DNA of 64,000 nt, from NCBI GenBank assembly GCA_009873655.1, contig WAIB01000004.1, positions 10,939 through 74,938 of the forward strand, given 5' to 3'. This DNA comes from Nitrospinota bacterium (GTDB lineage Bacteria > Nitrospinota > Nitrospinia > Nitrospinales > VA-1). The position numbers and the translations under genes are program-made. Shown one piece after another: positions 1 through 10,056 of this stretch; within the stretch, counting starts at the first letter, position 1; every line of letters starts with the position of its first letter. The notes below the pieces were generated by a model. That model was not told the DNA's origin. It did not search any database and saw only the letters and a program-made list of their open reading frames with translations.

Positions 1-17
1 AAACCCTGGCGGATAAA

Positions 18-2228
18 TTGCTGTCCCGGCTACCCAATGTCGCCGCCTGCCTGTTTTCGATTTTTCTTATTCTAGGATCGGGCAGCCCCGCAGAAGCAAA
101 AAATACCGCGCAAAAATTTGAAAACGCGAAAAAGCTTTTCCTTAAAAAAGAATGGGCCAAAGCAAAAAACCAGCTGCTGACCGTTCAAAACACCGCACCG
201 GATTCAATAGAAAGCAAGCGGTCGCGGTTTTTACTTGGGCTTATTCATATACAAAATGAAAAATTTGATAAAGCTGTTGAAGTACTGACCCCTCTCTTGA
301 AAAGCTATCCTGAAATCGGGGATTATATTTTATTTCACCTCGCCAAAGCCGAATTGCTTAACAAAAAACCGGATCAGGCGCAAAAACATTTATTGAAACT
401 GCTTGAAAGTTCCCCTGACACACAACTCTTTTCAGAAGCGCGAATCATACTTGCTGACACCTACATTCAAACCCATTCGAATGAAAAGGCCGTTGAGGTA
501 ATGAAAGAATCGCTTAACACCATCAATACCTCATTGGTTTATAGACGCTTTCGATCTTCTCTTCCTGACCATCTTTACAAATTAGCTGTCCATCAGGAAA
601 AAATGGGGAATCTGAAAGAAGCCTACCTGAATTACAGGAAACTCCATATCAAATACCCCAATCACGAACGGACTTCCGATGCCGAAGCCGCAATTAAAAA
701 ACTTTTAGCATCCCCGGATTTAAAAGAAATTCCTTTGACTTTAAGGGAACACACAGAACGAATCGAGAAATTATTTAAAACGGTACGGTATAAGGAAATC
801 ATTGCGGAAGTTGAAAGTATAAAAAAAACCAGCGACCCCATGCCGGGAAGGTTTTATTTTTTCCTCTCGAACGCCCATCGAGGATTGCGGGACCGAAAAA
901 CAGCAAACGTCGCATTAAAGGAGTTTGCCAAGCTGTATCCCCACCACGCCCAAATCTCGAAAGCCAAATTCAATATTGGGCGCAACCTCTGGAACCTGGG
1001 AAAACCCATGGCGGGAGCCAAATACTTCAAGGAAGTCGCCTATGAAAATCCCTCATCTGAAAGAGCAATTAAATCCTTATTTTTTCTTGGAAAAATTTAT
1101 GAAGAGCGCAAGAATTATTCCGACGCCCTCAAAACCTACAAAGAAACATTAAAAAAATATCCTGATGATTTTTACGGACAGTGGGCGGGGTGGCGACTGG
1201 GATGGGTGAATTATATCAATGGAAAATTTGAGAAAGCATTCGAACGTTTTCAGGATGTTGCCCAAAGATTCCCCAAAGGACCTTTCATCGAATACAATTT
1301 ATATTGGAGCGCGAAATCAGCGGAAAAAATGGGCGACAAGGAAAAAGCACGGAAAATTTTTATGGATGTGGCAAACCTTTATCCCTACACTTTTCACGGA
1401 ATCCGCGCCAGGGAAAGAATGGTAGAAGCCGGGGCATCTATACCGGATAACAATTTAGAAACCCGGGCTGCATTGCCTTCCAAAAAATTAGGTCGGGCGT
1501 TGACCCCGCTGGAAAAATTTCGCCATACCCGGGCGTTAGAATTATCAGCGCTGGGACTGGACATCGAAGCGCGAGAAGAAATCAAACAACTCGAAAAATC
1601 CGTTCGCAAAAACCTGACCGGAATTTTATGGCTTTCGAACCTTTATCATAAGGCAGGAGGCTATTCTGAATCGCTCAAACTCTTGCAGTTATATAAAGAC
1701 TTTGCTACCAAATCCGGCGAAAGAAATCTATCACCCCGGTTCTGGAAATATTTCTTTCCACTGGCGTATAAAGATGCGGTTGCGGCAAACTCTAAATATC
1801 GTGAAGTAGACCCCTATTTTATAAATGGCATTATCCGGCAGGAAAGCCTTTTCGACAGCAAAGCACTTTCCCCAGCAGGCGCAAGGGGTCTCATGCAAAT
1901 CATGCCCGCCACCGGCAAAAGGCTTTACCCCAAAACAAAACTGAAAAAACCCTTTGAAGCCGATGTTCTCTTTGAACCCGAATTGAATATCCGGATGGGT
2001 GTTAAATACGTCAGCCAGTTGAACAAACGCTTTGGTAAAAATGGTACCCATATTTTAATTTCATACAATGCAGGTCCTCATATTTTGAAAAAATGGCTGA
2101 AACGATTTGGACATCTGAATGATCTGGACGTATTCATAGAATCCATCCCCTACCCGGAAACAAGGCGTTATGTAAAGCACGTATTGAGAAACCGGGGAAT
2201 TTACAAGGCCCTGTATTCACCCTCATAG
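18..2228 (+). CDS. slt: Soluble lytic murein transglycosylase (Slt70-like: long helical/TPR-like N-terminal region plus C-terminal SLT/GH23 domain)
   Basis: It has an N-terminal signal peptide (ACLFSIFLILGSGSPAEA). The C-terminal SLT signature is GIIRQESLFDSKALSPAGARGLMQIMPATG ... ISYNAGP. The frame is still open at the window edge, so the TTG start at 18 is provisional. Confidence 0.85.
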   Translation: MLSRLPNVAACLFSIFLILGSGSPAEAKNTAQKFENAKKLFLKKEWAKAKNQLLTVQNTAPDSIESKRSRFLLGLIHIQNEKFDKAVEVLTPLLKSYPEIGDYILFHLAKAELLNKKPDQAQKHLLKLLESSPDTQLFSEARIILADTYIQTHSNEKAVEVMKESLNTINTSLVYRRFRSSLPDHLYKLAVHQEKMGNLKEAYLNYRKLHIKYPNHERTSDAEAAIKKLLASPDLKEIPLTLREHTERIEKLFKTVRYKEIIAEVESIKKTSDPMPGRFYFFLSNAHRGLRDRKTANVALKEFAKLYPHHAQISKAKFNIGRNLWNLGKPMAGAKYFKEVAYENPSSERAIKSLFFLGKIYEERKNYSDALKTYKETLKKYPDDFYGQWAGWRLGWVNYINGKFEKAFERFQDVAQRFPKGPFIEYNLYWSAKSAEKMGDKEKARKIFMDVANLYPYTFHGIRARERMVEAGASIPDNNLETRAALPSKKLGRALTPLEKFRHTRALELSALGLDIEAREEIKQLEKSVRKNLTGILWLSNLYHKAGGYSESLKLLQLYKDFATKSGERNLSPRFWKYFFPLAYKDAVAANSKYREVDPYFINGIIRQESLFDSKALSPAGARGLMQIMPATGKRLYPKTKLKKPFEADVLFEPELNIRMGVKYVSQLNKRFGKNGTHILISYNAGPHILKKWLKRFGHLNDLDVFIESIPYPETRRYVKHVLRNRGIYKALYSPS

Positions 2229-2271
2229 AAATACTGGAATTTTCAAAGGTTCCTTTAAGTTTTTTCATCAA

Positions 2272-3255
2272 ATGGCTATAATATCCGCTATGAAATCCCG
2301 GGTTCACATACAGAAGCTTGACGGCTACTCGCTTGAAAAAGCCGAATCTTTTATCCGCGATGCGCTTTCATCGATGGATGGGAAAGAAACCCTTTTTTCA
2401 GCGGGTCAAAAGGTATTGCTGAAACCGAATCTCCTTCGGGGTTTCAGCCCGGAACACTGCGTGACCACGCATCCTGTGATCGTTGAAGCCATGTGCCGGG
2501 TACTGAAAGATTTTTCTGTCGGCAATATCACGATCAGCGACAGCCCGGCCCTGGGCAGTCTGGAGGCGGTCGCAAGTAAAGCAGGCTATGATCCATTAAA
2601 GAAAAAATATGGAGTGAAAATTGCTCCCCTGACTGACCCGGTCCCTTTTCAAAATGAAGAGGGCGTTCCCCATTTGAAAATTGCCGGTTGTATTAAGGAA
2701 TTTGACCGCATCATCAACCTGCCAAAAGTAAAATCCCATTGTCAAATGGCCATGACTTTGGCCATCAAAAATTTGTTCGGGCTTGTCATCGGAAAGCGAA
2801 AACCTGTCCTGCATTGCCTGGTCAAAAACGATAAAGTCAAATTTGGAAAAATGCTGATCGACATTGCCCGTCATGTGAACCCCTGTTTGACAGTGGCGGA
2901 TGGAATCGAAGCCATGCAGGGCCAGGGTCCTATCCATGGCAGCCCCTACCCTCTTGGCGTGCTTCTCGCATCTCAGGATATGACCGCACTCGACAGGGTT
3001 GCCGCCGAGATTCTTATGTTTCCAAATGTATATGCCCTGGAAGCCGCACGACTGAAGAGCTATGGTAATTTCGACCTGGAAAATATTGAATTATGCGGAG
3101 AGGTCGATCTGGCAAACGTGACGGTTTCAGATTTTCAACCGGCCCGGCCCATGGACATTTCCTTCAACCCTTACCGAGTTTTGAAATCATTCCTCAAGCA
3201 GTTTTATGAAGTGGGCATCAAAGAAAAAAGCGACGCACTTTTAAGGAACCCTTGA
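2272..3255 (+). CDS. DUF362 domain-containing protein
   Basis: The size and motifs (VLLKPNL, LPKVKSHCQMAMTLAIKNLFGLV, ADGIEAMQGQGP) match my recollection of the DUF362 family. Function is unknown. Confidence 0.6.
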   Translation: MAIISAMKSRVHIQKLDGYSLEKAESFIRDALSSMDGKETLFSAGQKVLLKPNLLRGFSPEHCVTTHPVIVEAMCRVLKDFSVGNITISDSPALGSLEAVASKAGYDPLKKKYGVKIAPLTDPVPFQNEEGVPHLKIAGCIKEFDRIINLPKVKSHCQMAMTLAIKNLFGLVIGKRKPVLHCLVKNDKVKFGKMLIDIARHVNPCLTVADGIEAMQGQGPIHGSPYPLGVLLASQDMTALDRVAAEILMFPNVYALEAARLKSYGNFDLENIELCGEVDLANVTVSDFQPARPMDISFNPYRVLKSFLKQFYEVGIKEKSDALLRNP

Positions 3256-3271
3256 AGAATGAGCGAAAATT

Positions 3272-3547
3272 ATGAAACCTCTATTGTCCCTTTTTAGAAT
3301 AACCTGCGAAGATATCTATCCCTTGATTTCCTAGGATATGGACCGCCCTCTTTCTTTTTGTGGGCGATTTCGTTTAAAATTACATTTGGCTATTTGCAAA
3401 CTATGTGAACTTTATAGAAAACAATTGGCAACATTGCGAATGTCTGGCTCAATGTTTGGGAAAAAAGATTCCAAGGTTCATGAAACCGCGACTCTTAATT
3501 CCGAAACAAAAGAAAAAATTCAAAAATTTATTGAGGAAAAACGTTAA
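3272..3547 (+). pseudogene. zf-HC2/ZAS-type (RsrA-like) small anti-sigma-like ORF interrupted by an in-frame TAG at 3332-3334; the intact downstream ORF is 3338-3547
   Basis: A single frame runs from ATG 3272 to TAA 3547 with one internal TAG. The conceptual product has Cys12 and His38-x3-Cys42-x2-Cys45 (HLAICKLC). It ends 17 nt upstream of msrB. Confidence 0.45.
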
Positions 3548-3564
3548 AAAAGGGGCTGCCTGCT

Positions 3565-3969
3565 GTGACCGAAAAAATTGAAAAATCAGAGAGCGAATGG
3601 CGAGAAAAACTGACTGAGGAACAATTCCAGATATGCCGGAAAAAAGGTACCGAACGTGCTTTTTCCGGGAAATACTGGGACTGCCATGATCGGGGTATTT
3701 ATCACTGCACCTGCTGCGATGAACCTCTATTTTCATCCATAACCAAATTCGATTCTGGTACAGGTTGGCCCAGTTTTTACCAGCCGGCAGACCCGAATTC
3801 CATTTCCACCAGAGAAGATTCTTCTTTTTTTATGCGCAGAGTTGAAGTTCTATGCAGCAAATGCGATTCGCACCTGGGACATGTGTTTGAGGATGGCCCC
3901 GAACCAACGGGCCTTCGTTATTGCATCAATTCCGCTTCCCTGGAATTAAAAAAATCTGAAACCATTTGA
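3565..3969 (+). CDS. msrB: Peptide-methionine (R)-S-oxide reductase MsrB
   Basis: It has the two CxxC zinc motifs (CTCC..., [12 protein letters not shown]), GTGWPSF and the catalytic RYCINS. The start is GTG, preceded by AAGGGG. Confidence 0.9.
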   Translation: MTEKIEKSESEWREKLTEEQFQICRKKGTERAFSGKYWDCHDRGIYHCTCCDEPLFSSITKFDSGTGWPSFYQPADPNSISTREDSSFFMRRVEVLCSKCDSHLGHVFEDGPEPTGLRYCINSASLELKKSETI

Positions 3970-3988
3970 TTTTCAGAACCATAAAAAA

Positions 3989-4945
3989 CTATTTCCTGTT
4001 TTCAGCGAAAAACAATTCTGTTTCCGGGTGAAACGCATACCAGGCAAACCAGAAACCCACCACCGAAGGCAGTTCGATATTTTTTTCGTCCCTAATTACT
4101 GCCGTGCCTGTTTTACCATCGTAGTGGATTTGAATTGGAACCTTGCTGACAACATCTTTTATGGGAGAAGAAACTTTATTCAATTCTGAAAAAGGATAAG
4201 CCTTGGATTTTCCACCCAACTCAATTCCGATCACTTTCTCCTTGGGATGTAATTTACTGTTTCTGAGATTGACATCGAACATCAACCGCGAGCTGAACTC
4301 GTAACCCTGGTAGGGGTTTCGATCATAGGGACGTCTATATCCTGTTCTATCCGACAATATTTTTGTATCAGGGTGTTCTTTTTTCCAGGTGCCCCAGTCA
4401 GTATGGGTCGAGGCAAGTAGCTTTAAACGAGTTCCTGTCATCGGTCCGGTCACGGCTTGAGATTTTATTTGCGACCATAAACTTTCCGTCTGGTGATCGT
4501 AAAGAAGCATATCACTTTGATAAAGCAACCCGGAAACACCAAATGTGAATTTGCTGTTTTTCACATTCGCATCGAATACCATGCCCGTTCCACATAAAGG
4601 GCAAAAGGTGACTACAACCGCTTTTCCTCCTACCCTGTCATTTACAATTTCATGCCAGTTTAAAATTTTTACAGGATAGGCCCTCGCCTGGCCCTTGTGG
4701 ACAAATCCGAGTAATCGATCCGAGTTTCGCATCAACGAGCCTTCAGCTTCTTCAACGGATAAAAAATGGGGATTGTTTATTGAGGGAATCCCGTCCTTTC
4801 CCGGACCGCCGTCAGAAATTTCTTCGAGAGGGATACTATGCCTGGAAAAATCGAACCCTGATCCGATAAAAAATACCCATCCGGAAAAGAGAACGAGAAC
4901 GATGACCTTTCCTGGCTTTAATCTATCCATAAGTCGACCTATCAA
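3989..4945 (-). CDS. DUF3179 domain-containing protein (N-terminal membrane anchor)
   Basis: It has a hydrophobic N-terminus. The DGIPSINNPHF motif and the CPLCGTG motif are typical of DUF3179 as I recall it. Confidence 0.6.
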   Translation of the reverse strand: MIGRLMDRLKPGKVIVLVLFSGWVFFIGSGFDFSRHSIPLEEISDGGPGKDGIPSINNPHFLSVEEAEGSLMRNSDRLLGFVHKGQARAYPVKILNWHEIVNDRVGGKAVVVTFCPLCGTGMVFDANVKNSKFTFGVSGLLYQSDMLLYDHQTESLWSQIKSQAVTGPMTGTRLKLLASTHTDWGTWKKEHPDTKILSDRTGYRRPYDRNPYQGYEFSSRLMFDVNLRNSKLHPKEKVIGIELGGKSKAYPFSELNKVSSPIKDVVSKVPIQIHYDGKTGTAVIRDEKNIELPSVVGFWFAWYAFHPETELFFAENRK

Positions 4946-4974
4946 TATATTTGAGTTGGTCGAATGAGACGGCG

Positions 4975-6228
4975 CTACCTTGCATCCCGCGAACCTAAAG
5001 GTTCTAAACAGTGAAGTTTTGCCGTTAATTTTTCGAGGGCTTCGGAAAAAACAGCATGAAGTTCACTTCGGATTTTTTTGGAATCGTACTCCACCATGGA
5101 ACCGCCGCTATTGAGAAAATCGATTTGTTCCTGAATTTCAGCACAACCCTTGGTGTCCTTTTTTTCCCATAACATCAAACTGCAAAACTTGATTCCAGCT
5201 TCAACCGAGCTGGTTAACTGTGGGTTGATGGCAAACCCTCTTTTTTTCAGGTGCTCACTGATTTCGAGAACTTTTTTAAACTCCGTTTCCGCCTGGGTGT
5301 AGTTTTTATCCAGCACATACTGCAGCGCCTTCATCATCGCAATTTCTTTATTTCCTATAAAATGAGGATAAGGCGCGGGACCTTTGAAATAACGGTTTTC
5401 CAGCTCTATCAATAATGCCCACGCATTCTGGCGAGTTTTAGTATTGGACAAAGGGTGTTCCGCGGGAAGATCTTTATTCCGTGGATTGATCTGCTCAGAA
5501 ATATAAAACCAGGCGAGGGTCTTCATGGCTAACGGCATCGCCGATGCATTTTTAAGAATAGCATGTTCAATATGATTGAGACCCACCTGCCTCAGATCTT
5601 CCCCCCCCTGCATGATAAAGTTTCCAAACCCACCCAACCTGCTGTTTCCATACCGGTACATTCCCAACCCAAAATACCCGTCTACCAGATCAGGGTTTAA
5701 TACGAGGGCTTCCTCCAGATGATTGTCGGCCTGAAAACCGTTTATCAAAGCCTGGAAGAGATTCCCCTGGCCGTATTCGAATATCCCAATGTATCCTTCT
5801 GCGGCCCCCAGAAAAAGGTCTGCCTCTGCCTCCTGGGCTTCGGTTTTTGTGTCATCGTTTAAAATTTCATTTGCCAGATCTTTAACGCGATTGCTGTAAC
5901 TCAAAAATTCCCTGGAAATTTTTTCAATTCGGTACTTGCTGGTAAAAGCCAGTGTATGCGTCAGTTCTCCCAGCAATCCCGTATAGTTGAAATAGAACTT
6001 CATCAGTTCAACACGGTTTTCCAGGGAAGGAGCAGCGGCTTCCAGTCCCTCGATCTTTTCCTGGAAACGATCGAACCATTCGTCAAAATGGTAGTACATG
6101 GAATCCTTTAAAGCCAGGGGCGCCATTTCATCTGCCGTTAAATTGTCCCGTTCTGAAGACGGAGTTCGCCCTGAAACCTCGCCACTCACCAGCAGTGTAA
6201 AAACCAAACAAAAAACGGTTGCTTTCAT
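4975..6228 (-). CDS. Hypothetical secreted protein (helical, TPR-like segments)
   Basis: The signal peptide is MKATVFCLVFTLLVSGEVSG. It is a long uninterrupted ORF tightly packed between two same-strand genes. I recognise no family. Confidence 0.5.
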   Translation of the reverse strand: MKATVFCLVFTLLVSGEVSGRTPSSERDNLTADEMAPLALKDSMYYHFDEWFDRFQEKIEGLEAAAPSLENRVELMKFYFNYTGLLGELTHTLAFTSKYRIEKISREFLSYSNRVKDLANEILNDDTKTEAQEAEADLFLGAAEGYIGIFEYGQGNLFQALINGFQADNHLEEALVLNPDLVDGYFGLGMYRYGNSRLGGFGNFIMQGGEDLRQVGLNHIEHAILKNASAMPLAMKTLAWFYISEQINPRNKDLPAEHPLSNTKTRQNAWALLIELENRYFKGPAPYPHFIGNKEIAMMKALQYVLDKNYTQAETEFKKVLEISEHLKKRGFAINPQLTSSVEAGIKFCSLMLWEKKDTKGCAEIQEQIDFLNSGGSMVEYDSKKIRSELHAVFSEALEKLTAKLHCLEPLGSRDAR

Positions 6229-6242
6229 AGAATATCTTTTGA

Positions 6243-7832
6243 TCAGGAATCAGCAGGGTATCGAGCTAAAAGCTGGCGGATGTATCCGACTCGTTGAAAA
6301 TCTTCCAGTTTCATAAATAATTTCTCCGCTCTTTTTAGATGGTATACCGCTTTTTCCGGGTCCGGGATATTTTCCCGGTATAAATTTCCCAGCATCATAT
6401 GCCCATCCGCAAAATCGGGTTTGATTCTTATCACTTCGCAGAAAGCGGAACAGGCCTCGTCATATAGTTCCGCATCAATAAGGGACAAACCCAGATAAAA
6501 CTGCACCTGAACCGAGTCCGGCTTCAAGGCCACGGCGTTTTTCAGGTGATTCACCGCTTCTTTAAACCGGGATTGGATGCGGCTGGCAATTCCCAGATAG
6601 AAATAGACGTTTGAGTCTTTAGGACACACCTTTTCAGCACGATTTAAAACCTCAATGGCTTCTTCGGTTTCACCCTGCTTTATGTAGGAAGCCCCCAGGG
6701 CTGTATAAGCGTGGATGAACTCCGGGTTAAGGTCTATGGATTTTTTAAAAACCCATACCGCTTTGTGCAGGGCGTCAATACCATTTTCCTCCATACAACC
6801 GTAAGCGACTCCCATATTGTAATAGGCATCGAGGAAATCCGGTTTGAATCCGCGTGCCATCTGGTAGGCATCCACCGCAGCCTGGTACCATGTCAGGTTC
6901 TGCAACCGGAGCCCCTCTTTCAACCACTCCTCTGCGGCTTTTTCTTTTTCCTGGACCTCGTCTTTGGGACGGTAGAGTTGGTGCACCAATGCTGCTCTTT
7001 GAAAATCGTTTTGTCGAATATAAAGTTGTTCGGCCATTTCAAGGTACTTCACCGCCCGCTTGGGGTTCCGCAGTTTTTTAATATGCAATGAACCCAACAG
7101 GCAATGACCTTCCGCATATTCAGGCCAGACTCTTATGGCCCTTTTGAAAGCCTGCCGGGCTGGCGTGTGATAACCAAATTCAATATAAGCCTGTCCTATC
7201 AAACCGCATATGCTGGCAAAAACCTGGATCGGAGCCTCCGTGTTTTTTTTATTCATCTCATACACATCACGATTTCGTCCCAACCGGTCAAAAATAAAAG
7301 TCAGCCAGTAATCCGCAATTGCAAAATCGGGGGCCATGGGGACAATCTTTTTAAAAGCGGCGTAAGATTTCTTTTCCTTTCCCTGTATCCAGTAGGCGGT
7401 CCCCAGGTCAATATAAATCTGTGGGTAATTCGGCTTCAGACGGGCGGCCTTTCGGTAATTTTCTATTTCTTCTTTTCGGTTACCCAAAGCCATGTAAACA
7501 TGGCCTAACAAATGATATGCGGGATAAGCATTGGGGCTTATTCGTAAAACATCTTTAAACACCGCTATCGCCTCGTTATAAAATCCCTGGGCAGTGAGCT
7601 TGACACCTTCCTCAAATAACGCAGGGTCTTCCCAGGGATAAGGTAAAAGGTCTTCTACAACCTGAACCAGCCTGGGGACAGAAAGCTCCATCCCTTTTAT
7701 GGCTTCAAAATGCTCCACCAATTCCGGGTTGCTGCTTTTTAACTTTTCCCCCAACGTGGAAAGGGCCACACCACCTGATACGGATGGATCCTGTTTTTTT
7801 CTTGTTTTATTTTTTCCCAAAACCAACCTCAA
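6243..7832 (-). CDS. Tetratricopeptide (TPR) repeat protein
   Basis: Many 34-residue repeats carry the W/Y-x-LG-x-Y...A...Y/F..A..L.P pattern (for example AYHLLGHVYMALGNRKEEIENYRKAARLKPNY). Confidence 0.7.
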   Translation of the reverse strand: MRLVLGKNKTRKKQDPSVSGGVALSTLGEKLKSSNPELVEHFEAIKGMELSVPRLVQVVEDLLPYPWEDPALFEEGVKLTAQGFYNEAIAVFKDVLRISPNAYPAYHLLGHVYMALGNRKEEIENYRKAARLKPNYPQIYIDLGTAYWIQGKEKKSYAAFKKIVPMAPDFAIADYWLTFIFDRLGRNRDVYEMNKKNTEAPIQVFASICGLIGQAYIEFGYHTPARQAFKRAIRVWPEYAEGHCLLGSLHIKKLRNPKRAVKYLEMAEQLYIRQNDFQRAALVHQLYRPKDEVQEKEKAAEEWLKEGLRLQNLTWYQAAVDAYQMARGFKPDFLDAYYNMGVAYGCMEENGIDALHKAVWVFKKSIDLNPEFIHAYTALGASYIKQGETEEAIEVLNRAEKVCPKDSNVYFYLGIASRIQSRFKEAVNHLKNAVALKPDSVQVQFYLGLSLIDAELYDEACSAFCEVIRIKPDFADGHMMLGNLYRENIPDPEKAVYHLKRAEKLFMKLEDFQRVGYIRQLLARYPADS

Positions 7833-8001
7833 AAACCAAATTAAACAAACATTTAATTAATTATATTGCAGGACATCATTTTATCATGAACCTTTAATCT
7901 TGTTCACAGGGTTTCGCACCAAACAAAAGGGGAAACCTCCGGGAATAAGGCGGGGCGGATGAACCTGGAACGGATCCTAAATCAGGGGAGCAAAATGGAA
8001 A

Positions 8002-9075
8002 CTACTTGTCAGTGTATACAGGAGAGTTTTTGTATTGAAGAATGCCGCGTTTGAAAAGGACATTCAATACGGCCACGGCAGGGACACCCAGGATCATTCC
8101 AACCAGGCCAAACAATTCTCCTCCTAAAAGAACGGCAAAGATCACTGCAACAGGATGGAGGCCAATATTTTCACCCACCACGCGCGGGGTAATAATCATG
8201 CCTTCCATTGCCTGAACAAAACCAAAAACTCCTGCGACACCCAGAACCGGCAGGAATTCCTGAGTATGCATAAAGGTTAATATTGCCGCAGGGGCAAACC
8301 CCAATATCAAGCCCAGATAAGGAACCAGGTTGAACAGTCCTGCCAACAGGCCTAAAGAAAGGCTCATAGGGGTTTCGCACAAAAACAGCCCAAAGGCATA
8401 CATGATGCCCATCAATACGACCACCATCATTTGTCCACGAACAAAACTGGACAATACCTGATCAATTTCAAGGGTTATTTCCCGGGTTTTCTCCTGAAGC
8501 CGAGGAGGAATCAAGGCAAACAGCTTTTCGTTTACGGAATCGAAATCTCTCAGCATATAAAACATCACTACCGGAATAATCACCAGGTTGGCGATCATCA
8601 AAATGATATTAAAAAGATTCGAAATCGAACCCCAGAGCAGTTTTCCTGAAAACTGCAGGGCTTTCATGGGCAGTTCCCCAAACCGGGATAGACCTTCATT
8701 GAGGACTTCCTCTACCTTTACAGGATCAAGACCCTTCACCATATCCAATAAGGGCCGCAGCCAATCCTGAAAAATTCCAATGTAAGCGGGAATATGCTGG
8801 ATCAGGTTTTCTGTCTGCATGCTCAATAAAGGAACGAGAAAAATACCCGCGAACACAACCAGCATGAAAAATGCGGTCATCAAAGCTAAAACCGATACGG
8901 TCCTTGAAATGCCTCTGGATGTAATTTTGTCCACCAAAGGATCCAGAAGATAGGAAAGAGCAAATGCGATGAAAAAAGGAGCCACCACCCGGCGGGAAAA
9001 ATAAAGAAAAACACAGATAAGAATTCCCAGGCATAAAGAAATCAGAAACAGGTTTTTGTTTTTCTCCTGATTCAT
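8002..9075 (-). CDS. AI-2E family transporter (UPF0118/PerM-like permease)
   Basis: It is polytopic, with about 8 hydrophobic segments. The family-typical motifs are SFVRGQ..., NLVPYLG and GVPAVAVL. Confidence 0.8.
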   Translation of the reverse strand: MNQEKNKNLFLISLCLGILICVFLYFSRRVVAPFFIAFALSYLLDPLVDKITSRGISRTVSVLALMTAFFMLVVFAGIFLVPLLSMQTENLIQHIPAYIGIFQDWLRPLLDMVKGLDPVKVEEVLNEGLSRFGELPMKALQFSGKLLWGSISNLFNIILMIANLVIIPVVMFYMLRDFDSVNEKLFALIPPRLQEKTREITLEIDQVLSSFVRGQMMVVVLMGIMYAFGLFLCETPMSLSLGLLAGLFNLVPYLGLILGFAPAAILTFMHTQEFLPVLGVAGVFGFVQAMEGMIITPRVVGENIGLHPVAVIFAVLLGGELFGLVGMILGVPAVAVLNVLFKRGILQYKNSPVYTDK

Positions 9076-9078
9076 GGG

Positions 9079-10056
9079 TTACATATCCGCCATAGGCATT
9101 GGAGGAGCATCTGGAGCTTTTTCTTCAGGGGGCTGAATCCCATTTTCCCAGTAGCGATGAAAAGAAGGCAGCAGAAAATCAGCCAGTTTCTGGCTGGTCA
9201 CATCAAAGGCTTCAAGTTCTGCCGACAGTTCATATTCATGCTTCACGGTAGCGAAATCACTTTTCGCCGCAATCAGGGAAGAGTCGACGGCAGACACCGC
9301 TTTGGCGCTGATATTCACCTGGACCATTTTCATATTTTTTTCCCTGATTTTTTTTAATTTAGAGACAGCCGTCCCCACGATAACGATATCTGCTCCCGCT
9401 TTCAAGCCGATATTCCTGGCATCTTCAACATTTCCCTTAATGGCACTCAAAACGACAGCTTCTGAAATCGTATCACGTATCTGGCTTCGGTCTATAACTT
9501 CTACTCCTCCCTCTAAAAAATTTTTCGCAAGCTGCGTTTCTGATATGGGAACGAGATCCCAGAAAGACGAAAGAGGTGCGGAGGAAAAACTGCTTTCCTT
9601 CATGAGGACGACCACCTTGTGCTCGCTGATGGGGCCTGAAATAACACCCATTCCCGCTAAAGCCTGATTCACGGCGCCAGGAAAAAATCGAACCTGTAAA
9701 ACCACTTCACTGACCTTATTATCGATGTCATCCAGCGCCTGCAGGTACCTGTAACTTTTTACGTATCTGCTTGCCCGCCGAATAATTTTTTTAAGCTGTC
9801 CCTTGTTTGCATCAAACTCTTCTTCACCCATTAAATCTTGAAACACCATTTCCATGGCATTTTTCATGGCAAAGGCGACGGCCTTTTTACGCGCTGCGAC
9901 ATAATTATCATTTTTGACCGGGACCTGGGCGGTTCCTTCATAGGAATCTTTTAATACCGGCTGGGCCAGGGCATATCCGGCATCGTATTGCAGTCCTGCA
10001 AAAACAAGAAAACCCAGGAACCAGTATTTATTAATTGGAATTCGTGTCTTGATCAT
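9079..10056 (-). CDS. Hypothetical secreted/periplasmic protein
   Basis: It has a signal peptide (FLGFLVFAGLQYDAGYALA) and its start overlaps the rluB stop by 4 nt. The C-terminus is Pro-rich. I cannot make a confident family call. Confidence 0.5.
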   Translation of the reverse strand: MIKTRIPINKYWFLGFLVFAGLQYDAGYALAQPVLKDSYEGTAQVPVKNDNYVAARKKAVAFAMKNAMEMVFQDLMGEEEFDANKGQLKKIIRRASRYVKSYRYLQALDDIDNKVSEVVLQVRFFPGAVNQALAGMGVISGPISEHKVVVLMKESSFSSAPLSSFWDLVPISETQLAKNFLEGGVEVIDRSQIRDTISEAVVLSAIKGNVEDARNIGLKAGADIVIVGTAVSKLKKIREKNMKMVQVNISAKAVSAVDSSLIAAKSDFATVKHEYELSAELEAFDVTSQKLADFLLPSFHRYWENGIQPPEEKAPDAPPMPMADM

